A stretch of DNA of 64,000 nucleotides from an uncultured Chloroflexia bacterium (lineage in GTDB: Bacteria; Chloroflexota; Limnocylindria; Limnocylindrales; CSP1-4). The notes under the pieces are model-generated. The model was not told where the DNA came from and did not search any database. It saw only the letters and a list, made by a program, of their open reading frames with translations. The stretch is taken from assembly GCA_963833225.1 (NCBI GenBank), contig CAWHXD010000017.1:192001-256000 (forward strand), in the 5' to 3' direction. A program made the position numbers and the translations under genes. Shown here piece by piece: positions 19,949-31,038 of this stretch; position 1 is the stretch's first letter; every line of letters begins with the position of its first letter.

Positions 19949-20587
19949 TCAGATCGGCAGCCGGCCCGTGTCGCGCACCAGCTCCATCCACGGTCGCTCG
20001 CGGCCGATCGTCGTCGGCGCGCCGTGACCTGGCAGCACGTGCAACCGGTCCTCGAGCGTGGACAGCCGGGCGATCGACGTCACCATGGCCTCCGCGTCGC
20101 CGCCGGGGAAATCGACCCGGCCCCAGCCGCCGGGGAACAGCGTGTCGCCGCTGAACAGCTCGCCGGTGTCCGACGAGAGGAGGCAGACGGACCCCTCCGT
20201 GTGGCCGGGCGTATGCAGCACCCGCAGCCGGACCTCACCGAACCGGATCTCACCTCCCTCGGCGAGATCGACCGCGGGCACGCACGGCGGGATCTCGAAC
20301 GGCGCGTAGAGCGGCGATGGGGTGATCAGCCGGTAGGCATCGTCGGGGTGAACCGCGATGGGAGCGCCGGTATGTGCCTGGACCGCGGCATTCGCCCCCG
20401 TGTGATCCCAGTGCCCGTGCGTGCTGACGATCAGCTTGAGCGTCCACTCCCGCTCGGCAAGGGCATCCGAGATCCACTCCAGGCACGGGATGGCGGTGTC
20501 GATGGCGATCGCCTCGCGCGAGCGCGGGTCCGCGAGCACGTAGACGTTGGTCGAGAGCGGCCCGACGACCGCGTGCAACTGCTCCAT
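19949..20587 (-). CDS. MBL-fold metallo-hydrolase (glyoxalase II/YcbL-like)
   Basis: THGHWDH, HTPGHTEGS, FSGDTLF, PGHG. Confidence 0.9.
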   Translation of the reverse strand: MEQLHAVVGPLSTNVYVLADPRSREAIAIDTAIPCLEWISDALAEREWTLKLIVSTHGHWDHTGANAAVQAHTGAPIAVHPDDAYRLITPSPLYAPFEIPPCVPAVDLAEGGEIRFGEVRLRVLHTPGHTEGSVCLLSSDTGELFSGDTLFPGGWGRVDFPGGDAEAMVTSIARLSTLEDRLHVLPGHGAPTTIGRERPWMELVRDTGRLPI

Positions 20588-20700
20588 GCCCACGATCTTC
20601 GCACGGGACCGGTCGCGACCGTCTCCCGCCATGGACTCCGGGACGTCCGGCCCTACAGCAGGTTGGCCGGGGCGCGCATGCTGTCGAGGGGGAGGTGACC

Positions 20701-20952
20701 GTGATGAGGACGACGATGCACATCAAGGCACGCATCACCCCGTGGGACGACCCGGCGTTCGTGAAGGCCTTCGAGGAGGCCCGCCACCGGGTCCACGAGG
20801 CTGGTGACGGGATGGATGGTACGGTCGCCGGTGCCCAGGTCCAGCACCTGCTGCGCGAGGCCGGCTACCCCGATGCGCGGGTCGAGGTCGTCCAGTCCGT
20901 GGACGAGAAGCTGGAGAACACGTCGCACTGGGAGGTGCTGCGCGACGGCTAG
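20701..20952 (+). CDS. Small hypothetical protein
   Basis: GGGGAGG RBS; GC3-biased codons; LLREAGYPDARV...HWEVLRDG. Confidence 0.6.
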   Translation: MMRTTMHIKARITPWDDPAFVKAFEEARHRVHEAGDGMDGTVAGAQVQHLLREAGYPDARVEVVQSVDEKLENTSHWEVLRDG

Positions 20953-20988
20953 GCTGCTGGGCCACCGCGGGGTCCGGTGACCGGGGGG

Positions 20989-21432
20989 TCAGCCGGCGGC
21001 CAGCTTGGCCCGGATGCAGTCGAATGTCTGGCCGATCATCTTGTTGGCCGTGCCCTCGATCATGCGGGCGCCCACGGATGCGAGCGTGCCCGAGATCGCC
21101 ACGTCGGCGGACCAGTCCATCGTGGTCGGCCCCTCCGCGGGACCGGAGAGGGCCATGCTCGCCGTCGCGTCCACGGCGGAACCCGGTGCCTGGCCGTGCG
21201 CCTTGAGCACGGCCAGATCCGGCTCCTGCCGCTCGGCGACGGTCATGTCCACGACGAACCGCGCGCTGATGAAGCCCACGCCCACCTTGGCCTTCGCCTT
21301 GAAGTGATCGGCGTCGATGATCTCGATCGACTCGACGCCCGGCCCGCAGCCGCCGACCTGGTCCGGGTCGAGGATGAAGGCCCAGACCCGGTCGCGGGGA
21401 GCGTCGATCTGGACGGTGCCCTTGAACTGCAT
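20989..21432 (-). CDS. coxG: Carbon monoxide dehydrogenase accessory protein G (SRPBCC)
   Basis: APRDRVWAFILDP...CGPGVES, GTLASVGARMI; last gene of cox operon. Confidence 0.85.
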   Translation of the reverse strand: MQFKGTVQIDAPRDRVWAFILDPDQVGGCGPGVESIEIIDADHFKAKAKVGVGFISARFVVDMTVAERQEPDLAVLKAHGQAPGSAVDATASMALSGPAEGPTTMDWSADVAISGTLASVGARMIEGTANKMIGQTFDCIRAKLAAG

Positions 21433-21451
21433 GGAGGTCTCCGAGCGAGGA

Positions 21452-22492
21452 TCAGGATTCGACGGATGCGCCAGCGCCGATGTAGGCCTCCGGCTCCCGC
21501 ATGAACGCGGTCCGGCAGCCCATCCGGCAGAAGGCGTAGACCACGCCATCATGCTCGGCGAGGTGCCGGGCATGCTCCCGGTCGACGGTCATGCCGCAGA
21601 CGGGGTCGACGAGCACGATATCGCCCGGCGCGGGCTCCGTGGTCGCCGTCGCGCCGGCATCGGCGACGGCCAGCGTCGCCGGACCCGGCATCGCCACGAA
21701 CGATGCGCGGCCGTGGCGGACCTGGGCCAGCTCGGCGAGGATCGAGAGCGCCACCTCCTCGGGTGTCTCCGCGCCGATGTCCAGGCCGGCGGGCGCGCGC
21801 AGCGCGGCGATCCGCTCCTCGGGCACCGCCTCGTCGCGCAGCCACGCGCGCAGGACGGCGGCCCGGGTCGGGGACGCGATGAGGCCCACGTAGGACACGT
21901 GGTCCCGGGACAGGAGCCGCTGGACGGCCTCCTCGTCCCAGATCCCCTGGGTGGCCACGACGGCGTACGGGCTGAGCTCCGGGTCGATGATCCGGAGCCC
22001 GGCCTCCTGGCTGACGCGCTCGACGCCGGGGAAGGCCTCCGGATCGGCAACGGGGTCGAACACCGAAACGCGCCAGCCCGTTGCCGCGCCCAGGGACGCC
22101 AGCGCGGCGGCGATCGGCGTCGTGCCGGCGATCCACAGCGACGGGGCGGGGACGTGCGGCTCCACGTAGATCTCCAGCGTGCCCCCGGAATGGCAACTCA
22201 TGACCAGCTCCACGATGCCGTCGCCGCGCCGACCCTCGGACGGCGCGTCCTTGGACAGCCGGAGCAGGCGCGGCTGGCCGTCCTGGAGCGAGCGGAGCGC
22301 CTCGCGGACCACCACGGGCTGGGCGCACGAACCACCCACCCAGCCCTCGATGGTGCCATCGGGGTGGATGATCCCCCGCGATCCCGGCTTGGCCGAGGTC
22401 GGGCGGCGGACCGCGACGACGGTGGCGGTCGCAAAGACCGCCCCGCTCGTCTCCAGCTCCGCCTGCCGGCGGAAAAGCGTGCGACCGGGCAC
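21452..22492 (-). CDS. XdhC/CoxF family Mo-cofactor maturation protein with C-terminal YHS domain
   Basis: ATVV...[51 protein letters not shown]...FCRMGCR. Confidence 0.85.
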   Translation of the reverse strand: MPGRTLFRRQAELETSGAVFATATVVAVRRPTSAKPGSRGIIHPDGTIEGWVGGSCAQPVVVREALRSLQDGQPRLLRLSKDAPSEGRRGDGIVELVMSCHSGGTLEIYVEPHVPAPSLWIAGTTPIAAALASLGAATGWRVSVFDPVADPEAFPGVERVSQEAGLRIIDPELSPYAVVATQGIWDEEAVQRLLSRDHVSYVGLIASPTRAAVLRAWLRDEAVPEERIAALRAPAGLDIGAETPEEVALSILAELAQVRHGRASFVAMPGPATLAVADAGATATTEPAPGDIVLVDPVCGMTVDREHARHLAEHDGVVYAFCRMGCRTAFMREPEAYIGAGASVES

Positions 22493-22496
22493 GGCG

Positions 22497-24873
22497 CTAC
22501 ACCACGCCCTTGTCGTGCAGGATCCGCCACACCTTGTGCGGCGTGATGGGGATGTCGATGTGGGTGACGCCGAGGTGCGACAGCGCGTCCACGACGGCAT
22601 TCGCGATGGCCGGCGGGGCGCCGACGGTCGCCGACTCCCCCACCCCCTTGGTGCCCAGCGGGTGGTGGGGTGACGGGGTGATCGTCTTGCCGGTCTCCCA
22701 GGCGGGCGTCTCCATCGCAGTGGGCAGCAGGTAGTCCATGAACGTCCCGGCAAGGTTGTTGCCGTTGACGTCGTACGGGATCTCCTCGTACAGCGAGGGG
22801 GCCAGGCCCATCGTCAGGCCGCCGTGGATCTGCCCGTCCACGATCATCGGGTTGATGATGTTGCCGCAGTCGTCGATGGCGACGAAGCGCCGGACCTTGA
22901 CCTGCCCGGTCCCCTTGTCGATGTCGACGACGCAGATGTACGACCCGAACGGGAAGGTGAGGTTGGGCGGGTCGTAGTAGTCGGTCGCCTCGAGGCCGGC
23001 CTCCATGCCCGCGGGGAGGTTGGTGTAGGCGGCGAAGGCCAGCTCGGCGATGGTCTTGAACCGGTCCGGCGAGCCCTGCACGGTCCACTTGCCGTTGGTC
23101 CACTCGAGGTCGTCCGCGGAGCACTCGAGCAGGTGCGCGGCGAGGTGGCGGGTCTTCTCGCGGATCTTCCGCGAGGCGATGGCGGTGGCCGCGCCGGCGA
23201 CCGGCGTCGACCGCGATGCGTAGGTGCCGAGGCCATAGGGTGCCGTGTCGGTGTCGCCCTCCTCGACCTTGATCTTGTCCGCCGGGATGCCCAGCTCCTC
23301 GGCCACGATCTGCGCGTACGTGGTCTCGTGGCCCTGGCCCTGGCTCTGGACGCCGAGGCGCAGGATCGCGGAGCCGGTGGGGTGCACCCGGAGCTCGGCC
23401 GAATCGAACATCTTGATGCCGATGATGTCGAAGTCGTGGGACGGCCCGGCCCCGACGATCTCGGTGAACGAGCTGATGCCGATGCCCATGAGCTCGCCGC
23501 GGGCGCGCTTCTCGGCCTGCTCCTTGCGCAGATCGTCGTAGCCGATCGTGTCCAGCGCCTTCTGGAGCGCCGTGTGGTAGTCGCCCGAGTCGTACTCCCA
23601 GCCCGTTGGCGTGTGGTACGGGAACTGGTCCTTGCGGATGAAGTTCTTGAACCGGAACGCCGCCGGGTCCATGCCAGAGGCGCGGGCACGCCTCGTCCAC
23701 CAGGCGCTCGATGGTGTGGACCGCCTCGGTCACCCGGAACGAGCAGCGGTACGCGACGCCGCCGGGCGGCTTGTTGGTGTAGGCGGCGTCCACCTCGACG
23801 AATGCCGTGGGCATGTCGTACGAGCCGGTGATGACGTTGAACAGGCCGGCCGGGAACTTCGATGGGTCCGCGGCGGCGTCCGTGTAGCCGTGGTCGGCAA
23901 GCGTCTTGACCCGCAGGCCGGTCATCTTGCCGTCGTTCATGAGGCCCAGCTCGGCGTGGATGTGGTAGTCCCGCGCGAAGGAGTCGGCCTGGAGGTTCTC
24001 GGAGCGATCCTCGATCCACTTCACCGGCTTGCCGATGGTGAGCGAGGCGACGATCGCGATGACGTAGCCCGGGTACACCGGGACCTTGCCGCCGAACCCG
24101 CCGCCGATGTCGTGGGTCTTGACCCGGATCGACGACTCGGGGATGCCGGAGACCAGGCTGATGACCGTGCGGTAGACGTGCGCCGCCTGGCTGGTCACGT
24201 GGAAGTCGAGGTGGGCCCGAACCGGGTCCCAGTCCGCGATGCAGCCGCAGGTCTCGATCGAGGACACGTGGATGCGCGGGATGTAGACGTCGATCGGGAT
24301 GACCTTGTCCGAGGCGGCGAGGGCCGCGTCGGTGGCAGCTCGGTCGCCGGACTCCCAGTGCCAGATGTGGTTGGTCTGCTTGTCCTGCACCACGGTCCGG
24401 CCGGAGCACCGGCGCATCCGGCTTCGAGGGCCTTGAACGGGTCCACGACCACCGGCAGCGGCTCGTAGTCCACGTACACGGCCGTGATCGCGTCCGCCGC
24501 CTGGTAGCGGGTGTCCGCGATGACCGCGGCAACCTCCTGGGACTGGTACATGACCGTGTCGACCGGCAGCACCATCTGCTTGTCGCCGGCGAGGGTGGGC
24601 ATCCAGTGGAGGCCGGCCTTCTCCAGGTCCTTGCCGGTGATCACGGCCAGGACGCCCGGCATCGCCAGGGCCTCGCTGGCGTCGATGGACTTGATCTTGG
24701 CGTGGGCATACGGGCTGCGGACGATGTCCATCCAGACCATGCCCGGCAGGACGACGTCCTCGATGTACTCGCCCTGGCCCCGGATGAAGCGCGGATCCTC
24801 CACGCGCTTCCTCGAGTGGCCCATGCCCGCTGACCTCGGGGGTCGTGGTGGGCGGCTGCGCGTCCAGCGTCAT
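22497..24873 (-). CDS. coxL: Aerobic CO dehydrogenase large subunit, form I (about 3 frameshifts, probably read error)
   Basis: Diagnostic [10 protein letters not shown] motif; [41 protein letters not shown]; pieces in ORFs 24195-24824, 22198-25398, 22497-23672. Confidence 0.93.
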
Positions 24874-25398
24874 CGTGCGGTCCTCCGGGTCACGCGGACG
24901 CCGCGCGCGGTCCCGGCCGCATCGGCGGCACGGAGCTCGGCGGCACCCTGCTGGATGGCCTTGATGATGTTCACGTAGCCCGGTGCAGCGGCACAGGTTG
25001 CCGGCGATACCCTCCCGGATCTCGGCGTCGGTCGGGTCCTCGATCTGCTCCAGGAGCCAGGCCGACTGCATGATCATGCCGGGGGTGCAGAAGCCGCACT
25101 GGAGGCCGTGCTGGTCCCAGAAGGCCTGCTGGAGCGGGTGCAGCTTGCCGCCCTGCTCCATGCCCTCGATCGTGGTGATCGCCGCGCCGTCCGCCTGGAC
25201 GGCGAGCATCGTGCACGACTTGGCGCTCTCGCCGTTCACGTGGACGGTGCACGCACCGCAGTTGCTCGTGTCGCACCCGGTGTGGGTCCCGGTGAGGCCG
25301 AACACGTCGCGGAGGAGGTGGACAAGCAGGAGCCGCGGCTCCACGTCGGCCTCGCGGGCGGTGCCGTTGACGGTGACGTTGATGTGCTGCGTCGTCAT
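24870..25398 (-). CDS. coxS: CO dehydrogenase small (2Fe-2S) subunit, one frameshift near 24980
   Basis: [27 protein letters not shown]. Confidence 0.9.
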
Positions 25399-25411
25399 CG
25401 TGTCGGTTCCT

Positions 25412-26290
25412 TCAGGACGCCGCGCCGGCGGCGCGGGAGGCGGCCAGGCGCAGGGCCCGGGTCGTGATCTCGCGCACCATCGCGAGCTTGTAGTCGGCCG
25501 GGCCGTGGCTGTCGCCCACGGGGCTCGCCTGCCCGGCCGCTGCCTGGGCGGCGGCCCGGATGGCGTCCTCGTCGGGCACCTTGCCCATCAGCGCCGCCTC
25601 CGCGTCGGTCGCCGCGAAGGCGGCGTCCGCCACGGCGGTGAGGGCGAGCCCCGCGCTCGTGATTCGTCCGTCCTGGCCGAGCACCAGCACGGCGGCCGCG
25701 CCCACTGTCGCGAAGTCGCCGGCACGCCGCTCCAGCTTCACGTAGGCCGAACCCTGGCGGGCAGCGGCATGCGGGAGGCGGACCTCGGTCAGCACCTCGG
25801 TCGGCTCGATCGCCGTCTGGAACGGCCCGTCGAAGAAGCCGCGAGCCGCGAGGACCCGCTCACCGTCCGCGCTGCGGCAGACGAACGAGCCGCCCAGCGC
25901 CAGCGCCACCGCCGGCCAGTCCGCCGACGGGTCCGCGTGCGCGCACGACCCGCCGATGGTTCCCCAGTTGCGCACCTGGCGGTCGCCGATCCCGGACGCG
26001 GCATCGTGGACCACCGCGTGCTCCGCACTCAGTCCCTCGTGCTCCAGGATCCGGCGGTGCGTCGCGCGCCCGCCGATCCGCCAGTCGTCATCGGTACGGA
26101 TGATCCCGTCGAGCCCCCCGACCGCCCGGAGGTCGACCAGCAGGGCCGGCTGGGCCAGACGGAGCTTCATCATCGGCAGCAGGCTGTAGCCACCGGAGAG
26201 GATCTTGGCCTCACCCTCGCGATCCCGCAGGATCCGCAGCGCCTCGTCCAGGTCGCCTGGACGGCAGTAGTCGAACTGGCCGGGAATCAT
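25412..26290 (-). CDS. coxM: CO dehydrogenase medium (FAD) subunit
   Basis: AAGGAGG RBS; [44 protein letters not shown]; M-S-L order. Confidence 0.92.
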   Translation of the reverse strand: MIPGQFDYCRPGDLDEALRILRDREGEAKILSGGYSLLPMMKLRLAQPALLVDLRAVGGLDGIIRTDDDWRIGGRATHRRILEHEGLSAEHAVVHDAASGIGDRQVRNWGTIGGSCAHADPSADWPAVALALGGSFVCRSADGERVLAARGFFDGPFQTAIEPTEVLTEVRLPHAAARQGSAYVKLERRAGDFATVGAAAVLVLGQDGRITSAGLALTAVADAAFAATDAEAALMGKVPDEDAIRAAAQAAAGQASPVGDSHGPADYKLAMVREITTRALRLAASRAAGAAS

Positions 26291-26447
26291 GCGACGCCTT
26301 GCCTCCTTCTCCGTACGGGCAGCGGGTCCGGGTGGTCGCGCCCGCCCGGCAGGCGGGTGCGGCGCTGATATGGGGACCTACGTCGGGCCGCCGCTCCCGG
26401 ATGCGTCCCGGTGGCGGACGGGTGGCGCGGGGGATTCGCAGGCCCCG

Positions 26448-26499
26448 AGTGTGCGCGTCTGCCCGTTCGGCGTCAACGGGTGATGTGACAGGTGGCACG
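26448..26499 (-). promoter_or_regulatory. Putative coxMSL promoter with adjacent CRP/FNR-like half-matching site
   Basis: Minus strand TTGACG-N17-CACACT (26476-26448); TGTGA-N6-GCACG at 26484-26499. Confidence 0.4.
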
Positions 26500-26527
26500 G
26501 CTCGGCCGGGCCGGATGGCCCGGCTGC

Positions 26528-27382
26528 TCAGCTGGGCGCGGCCACGGCCCAGGTGGCGAGTCCCAGCGAGCCGGCCGGGCGGTTCGCGAGCGTCCAGCCA
26601 CCATCGCGACGGGTGATGTGCTCGGGGAGAATCGCCCGGAAGTGGCTGTCCTTCTCGCTGCCCTCGGCGATGAACAGCTGCCGGCGCAGGAAGGCCGCCA
26701 ATGCCTCCGTCGAGTCGAAGGTCCGCGGGGAGCGCTCCACCACCTCGACCTGCGGGTCCCGGCCACGGGTGCGCAACAGCGGGAGCAGGTCCGTCAGCGC
26801 CGGGAGCGGGACCCGTGACTCGTGATGGACCAGCGGCCAGAACGGGTCCGCGACCGAGGCGGGGCTGGAGCCTGTCAACAGGGCCAGGCATCGCGACCGT
26901 GTCGCGGCCTCCATCGCGTCGAGGAAGGTGCCGATCCCCTCGATGTCGTAGCTCACGTGGGCGATCAGGGACACATCGACCGCGGGCAGAGGCCCCAGGT
27001 CGCCAACCATGTCCGGCCAGCTCCCGGCGATCACCCGCACGTTGTCGATGCCGTGCTCGGCCATTCCCGTCCGGAGCGCGCGCCGCATGCCACCCGACGG
27101 CTCAACGGCCACCACCTCCCGGACGTGGAGCGCGAGGGGCAGCGCGTAGCGTCCCGCTCCGGCCCCGATGTCGAGCCACGTCTCGCGCCTATCCGAGATC
27201 CGGACCAGGGCATCGAGCGCGGGCTCGCCGGTGCGGCGCGGGTCCGCCACGAACAGGTTGGTGACGGGGGCATAGAAATCCGGCGTCTCGGTCTCGCGCA
27301 GCCGCTCTGCCTGCTCGCGGTTCGCGCGGACACGCTCGCCCCAGGCAGCCTCGAGGTCGGCGGCGGTCGGGGTCCCTGTCAT
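26528..27382 (-). CDS. Class I SAM-dependent methyltransferase
   Basis: WLDIGAGAGRY, VAVEPS; ATGA-coupled to the mocA-like gene. Confidence 0.85.
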   Translation of the reverse strand: MTGTPTAADLEAAWGERVRANREQAERLRETETPDFYAPVTNLFVADPRRTGEPALDALVRISDRRETWLDIGAGAGRYALPLALHVREVVAVEPSGGMRRALRTGMAEHGIDNVRVIAGSWPDMVGDLGPLPAVDVSLIAHVSYDIEGIGTFLDAMEAATRSRCLALLTGSSPASVADPFWPLVHHESRVPLPALTDLLPLLRTRGRDPQVEVVERSPRTFDSTEALAAFLRRQLFIAEGSEKDSHFRAILPEHITRRDGGWTLANRPAGSLGLATWAVAAPS

Positions 27383-27996
27383 CGCCCGGCGTCCGAGGAT
27401 GCGGTGGCGGGCGCGGAGCGCAGGGTACCGAGGTCCGCCGGCACGTCCACGTCGGGGTTCGCGCCAGCGACATCGACCGCGAGCACCTGCTCGGGGACCT
27501 GCCGCAACAGCGGTCCGAGACCGCGATCCCCCGACAGCCCGGCCGCCCGTGCCCACGCGCCGCGACGAACGAGGACGGGGTGTGGCGCATCGTCGCTCGC
27601 ATACCGGGCGCGCACGAACAGGGCTGGGTGCTGCCGCGCGGCGTCCACGAGGGCGGTGATGACCTCCGGCCGGATCCGTGGCTGGTCGCCGAGGACGACG
27701 ATCACGGCCTCGGTTGAGGCGTCCAGCGCCGCCTCATCGAGGCCTACCCGCAACGAGCTGGACAGGCCGTCCTGTGGCCGCTCGTTGATCGCGATGCGCT
27801 CGCCCCGCCATTCGATCGCCGCGCGGACCGCCGCATGGGATGCCCCCAGGACGACGACCGCGCCGGTGAGGCCGGCGGCTGCCACCGCGTCCAGCGCGTG
27901 CTGCAGGACCGGACGTCCATCGAGGTCGGCGAGCAGCTTGTTCGATCCGAAGCGCGATGACGATCCGGCCGCGAGCACGACCGCGGTCACCTTCAC
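27379..27996 (-). CDS. mocA: Molybdenum cofactor cytidylyltransferase-like nucleotidyltransferase
   Basis: VLAAGSSSRFGSNKLL, LGDQP, GDRG, DVDVPADL. Confidence 0.8.
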   Translation of the reverse strand: MKVTAVVLAAGSSSRFGSNKLLADLDGRPVLQHALDAVAAAGLTGAVVVLGASHAAVRAAIEWRGERIAINERPQDGLSSSLRVGLDEAALDASTEAVIVVLGDQPRIRPEVITALVDAARQHPALFVRARYASDDAPHPVLVRRGAWARAAGLSGDRGLGPLLRQVPEQVLAVDVAGANPDVDVPADLGTLRSAPATASSDAGR

Positions 27997-29132
27997 TGTG
28001 CCGCGCCCGCTCGCTGTTGCGCGGCCTCGCGCTCCCTGGCCAGCTCCCGCATCGGCCGCCCACCGCCGCCGCGCCGCTCGGCGACGACCTCGGCGAGGAT
28101 CGCGAGCGCCGTTTCGGCCGGCAGCCGCCCGCCGAGGTCAAGGCCGATGGGACCGCGCAACCGGGCCAGGTCCTGCGCCGCGACGCCCGCCTCGAGCAGG
28201 CGCGCGCGCCGGTCCGCCTGCGTCTTGCGCGAGCCGACGGCACCCACGTACCGGCAGCCTCGTGCGAGGGCGGCGACGATGGCCGGCTCGTCGAACTTCA
28301 CGTCGTGCGTCAGGACGGCGACGGCGTCCGACGGCCCGAGACCGATCTCATCGGCCACCTCGTCGGGCCAGCCAACGACCAGCCGGTCGACATCCGGGAA
28401 CCGCGCCTCGGTGGCGAATGCCGCGCGGCCGTCGATCACCACCGTCTCGTAGCCCAGCTCCTTCGCGAGGCGGACCAGGGTCCGGGCGACCTCCACCGCA
28501 CCCACGACCACCAGCCGCGGGCGAGCCGGGTACGCCTCGATGAACAGTTGGGCTCCGGCGATGTCCACGGTCCGCGAGGTCCCGGTCAGCAGGCACGTCC
28601 GGGCCGCGTCGGCGAGCGCCGCATCCGCTGCCGCCGTGCCCAGCGATCCTTCGAGCCTTCCGTCAGCCTGGACCACCAGCGGCCTGGCGGGCTCGCTCCC
28701 CTCCCCCGGTTCGTGCTTGCCGAACGCCGCCGGAGGCGCGTCCGCGGGGAGCCGCGTCACCACTGCCCTGCCCTCGCCCCGCCCGTCTCGCGCGTCGCGG
28801 GCCGCCGCCACGGCCTCGTCGGGCACCGCGGGGCTGATCAGCACGTCGATCGTCCCGCCGCAGGCCAGCCCGACATCCCACGCCTGCTCGTCGCTGATCC
28901 CGTAGCGGATCACGCGCTCGCGTCCACGCTTGCGCGCGGCCAGGATCTCCTCCGCCGCGGCGCCCTCGACGCAACCGCCCGAGACGGACCCCGCGATCCG
29001 CCCGTCGTCGGTCACGAGCAGGACCGCGCCCTCGGGACGCGGCGCGCTGCCGAACGTGCGGATCACGATGGCGCGACCGACGGCGGCGTGCTCCGCGCGC
29101 CATCCGTCGAGCGTCTCGATCAGCTCCTGCAT
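27993..29132 (-). CDS. XdhC/CoxI family maturation protein
   Basis: GSAPRPEGA, GSVSGGCVE, VGLACGGTI, LTHDVKFD, GPIGLDLGG. Confidence 0.88.
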   Translation of the reverse strand: MQELIETLDGWRAEHAAVGRAIVIRTFGSAPRPEGAVLLVTDDGRIAGSVSGGCVEGAAAEEILAARKRGRERVIRYGISDEQAWDVGLACGGTIDVLISPAVPDEAVAAARDARDGRGEGRAVVTRLPADAPPAAFGKHEPGEGSEPARPLVVQADGRLEGSLGTAAADAALADAARTCLLTGTSRTVDIAGAQLFIEAYPARPRLVVVGAVEVARTLVRLAKELGYETVVIDGRAAFATEARFPDVDRLVVGWPDEVADEIGLGPSDAVAVLTHDVKFDEPAIVAALARGCRYVGAVGSRKTQADRRARLLEAGVAAQDLARLRGPIGLDLGGRLPAETALAILAEVVAERRGGGGRPMRELAREREAAQQRAGAAQ

Positions 29133-29173
29133 CGTGTCCTCCGGTGAGCGGTTCCCGTGATTGGGGGCGAAGC

Positions 29174-30559
29174 CTACGTCAGCGGGCGCGCCCGGTCCGT
29201 GGTGACCGTGCCCGCGTCGAGCGTCCGCGGGGCGGTGGCCTCGGGGGCGGTGATCCCGAGCGAGGGTGCGACCGTGGTGGCGTGCGTGACCGCGGCGCCG
29301 CGCCGAGCCGTCCCCCGCGTGCCACCGGCAAGGATGGTCCCCAGCCGCTCCAGGCTCGCGAGCGTCCCCGCCGGCAGGAAGTCGTCGATATACGGGTAGG
29401 CCGCCTTCATCCCCGCGGCCAGTGGCTGGTATCCGGGCGCGGATGCCAGCGGGTTCAGCCACACCAGGCGGTGGCAGTTGCGCCGCAGCCGTGCCGTCTC
29501 GGCGGCGACCAGCCCGGGGTCGCCGCGGTCCCAGCCGTCGCTCACGATGATCACCACGCCGGAGCTCCGCAACGTCCGCCGCGCCCACTTGTGGTTGAAC
29601 TCGCGGAAGCTCTCGCCGATACGGGTCCCGCCGGCCCAGTCGGTCACAGTCTCCGAGACGCGCGCGAGGGCCCGGTCCCGGTCGCGATCCTTCATGATCC
29701 GGGTCACCCGCGTGAGCCGCGTCCCGAACACGAACGACTCCGTGCGCACCTCGTTGGTGCGCGCCAGCGCCTGGGCGAATCGCAGCAGCAGTCGCGAGTG
29801 CCGCTCCATGGACCCGCTGATGTCGCAGATGACCACCAGCTGGCGCGGCTCGCGGATCTGGCGGCGCCAGACCCACTCGGTGAGTTCGCCGGTCGCGAGA
29901 TTGCGCCGGAACATGGCGCGCGGGGCCAGGCGCCGGCCGTGCGGGTGGAGCTCGTGCCGGCGGGTCCGCCGACGCTCCAGTCTCGGGCGAAGCAGGTCCA
30001 CGAACCGCTCCGCGTCGCGCAGCTCCGCGCCCGTCATCCGCTCGAAATCGCGGTGGCGCAGGACCTCACCGCGCGACCAGGCGTCCGGGGAGATCGTCTC
30101 GCCGTCGATCTCGGCGCCACTGTCGTCGGCGTCGGTCGTGAGCTGGACGCCCATGGTCGCAATCTCGGACAGGGTGGCGCCGGTGCCCTCGGCAGCCTCG
30201 TCCGATACGCCGGGCTCCCCTTCCTCGCGATCGGCGTCCGGCGATGATCCCTCCAGGCGTGGCCTGGGCAGCGATCGTCCGCGGCGGCGCCAGAACCGGT
30301 CGAACACGCGGTCGTAGATCTCGCGATCGTCCCGACGACGGACGAACATGGCCGCACCGGCATCGCGGACCTGGGCCTTGACGCCCATGTCGACCAGGGC
30401 CAGGGCCCGGGCGAAGTCGATCGCCGCGACCAGATCCACCGCGAGGCCCGCCGAGCGGAGCGCCCGACCGAACCCCACCGCCTCGGCCAGCAGGCGGCGG
30501 CCATCGACGGCTTCGCCGGTGTCAGCGACGAGGATCGGGGACGCGTCGAGGTCGGCCAT
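29174..30559 (-). CDS. coxE: VWA-domain CO dehydrogenase maturation protein
   Basis: MIDAS DISGSM, FVFGTRLTRVT, WAGGTRIG, SDGWDRGD, WLNPL. Confidence 0.9.
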   Translation of the reverse strand: MADLDASPILVADTGEAVDGRRLLAEAVGFGRALRSAGLAVDLVAAIDFARALALVDMGVKAQVRDAGAAMFVRRRDDREIYDRVFDRFWRRRGRSLPRPRLEGSSPDADREEGEPGVSDEAAEGTGATLSEIATMGVQLTTDADDSGAEIDGETISPDAWSRGEVLRHRDFERMTGAELRDAERFVDLLRPRLERRRTRRHELHPHGRRLAPRAMFRRNLATGELTEWVWRRQIREPRQLVVICDISGSMERHSRLLLRFAQALARTNEVRTESFVFGTRLTRVTRIMKDRDRDRALARVSETVTDWAGGTRIGESFREFNHKWARRTLRSSGVVIIVSDGWDRGDPGLVAAETARLRRNCHRLVWLNPLASAPGYQPLAAGMKAAYPYIDDFLPAGTLASLERLGTILAGGTRGTARRGAAVTHATTVAPSLGITAPEATAPRTLDAGTVTTDRARPLT

Positions 30560-30612
30560 GCGGGCACTGTGCCACGTCTGGGGAACCGGCGTCGCGGGTA
30601 CCCAGGGCTGGG

Positions 30613-31038
30613 TCAGTCCGGCAGCACGCGGAACCCGAGCGCGATCGCATTGGCCCGGATCCGCTCGTCAAGGCTCAGGAAGCTGACGTCACCGACCGCA
30701 TCGCGGACAACGAGCGCCGTGGCGCAGTGGATCGCATCCAGCGACCGGATGGCGTCGTCCGGGAACGGTGCCCTCGCCCGGGCCACGACGGCATCGCCGA
30801 TTGGCTCGACCGACCAGCCTGCGGCGAGCTCCCAGAGCCGCGTCCGCAGGCGTTCGACATCCGCCGTGTCGGCCGGGCGGCGCCGCGCCATGCGGTGAAG
30901 CGCACGGTCACACTCGATCAACGTGAGCGTCGACACGACCACCGGCGCCGGGGGCCGGAGCGCCGGGGCCACCCGCTCGCCGCCGGGCTCCGCGAGCAGC
31001 CAGGCGAGCACCGCGCTCGATTCGGCGTACACCGTCAC
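30613..31038 (-). CDS. VapC-like PIN-domain toxin
   Basis: YAESSAVLAWLLAE, TLIEC, IRSLDAIHCATA, LSLDER. Confidence 0.85.
   Translation of the reverse strand: MTVYAESSAVLAWLLAEPGGERVAPALRPPAPVVVSTLTLIECDRALHRMARRRPADTADVERLRTRLWELAAGWSVEPIGDAVVARARAPFPDDAIRSLDAIHCATALVVRDAVGDVSFLSLDERIRANAIALGFRVLPD

Noticed and set aside
22198-25398. Apparent 1066-aa CoxS-CoxL fusion ORF
   Set aside because: Artefact of indels; coxS and coxL motifs alternate with out-of-frame sequence.
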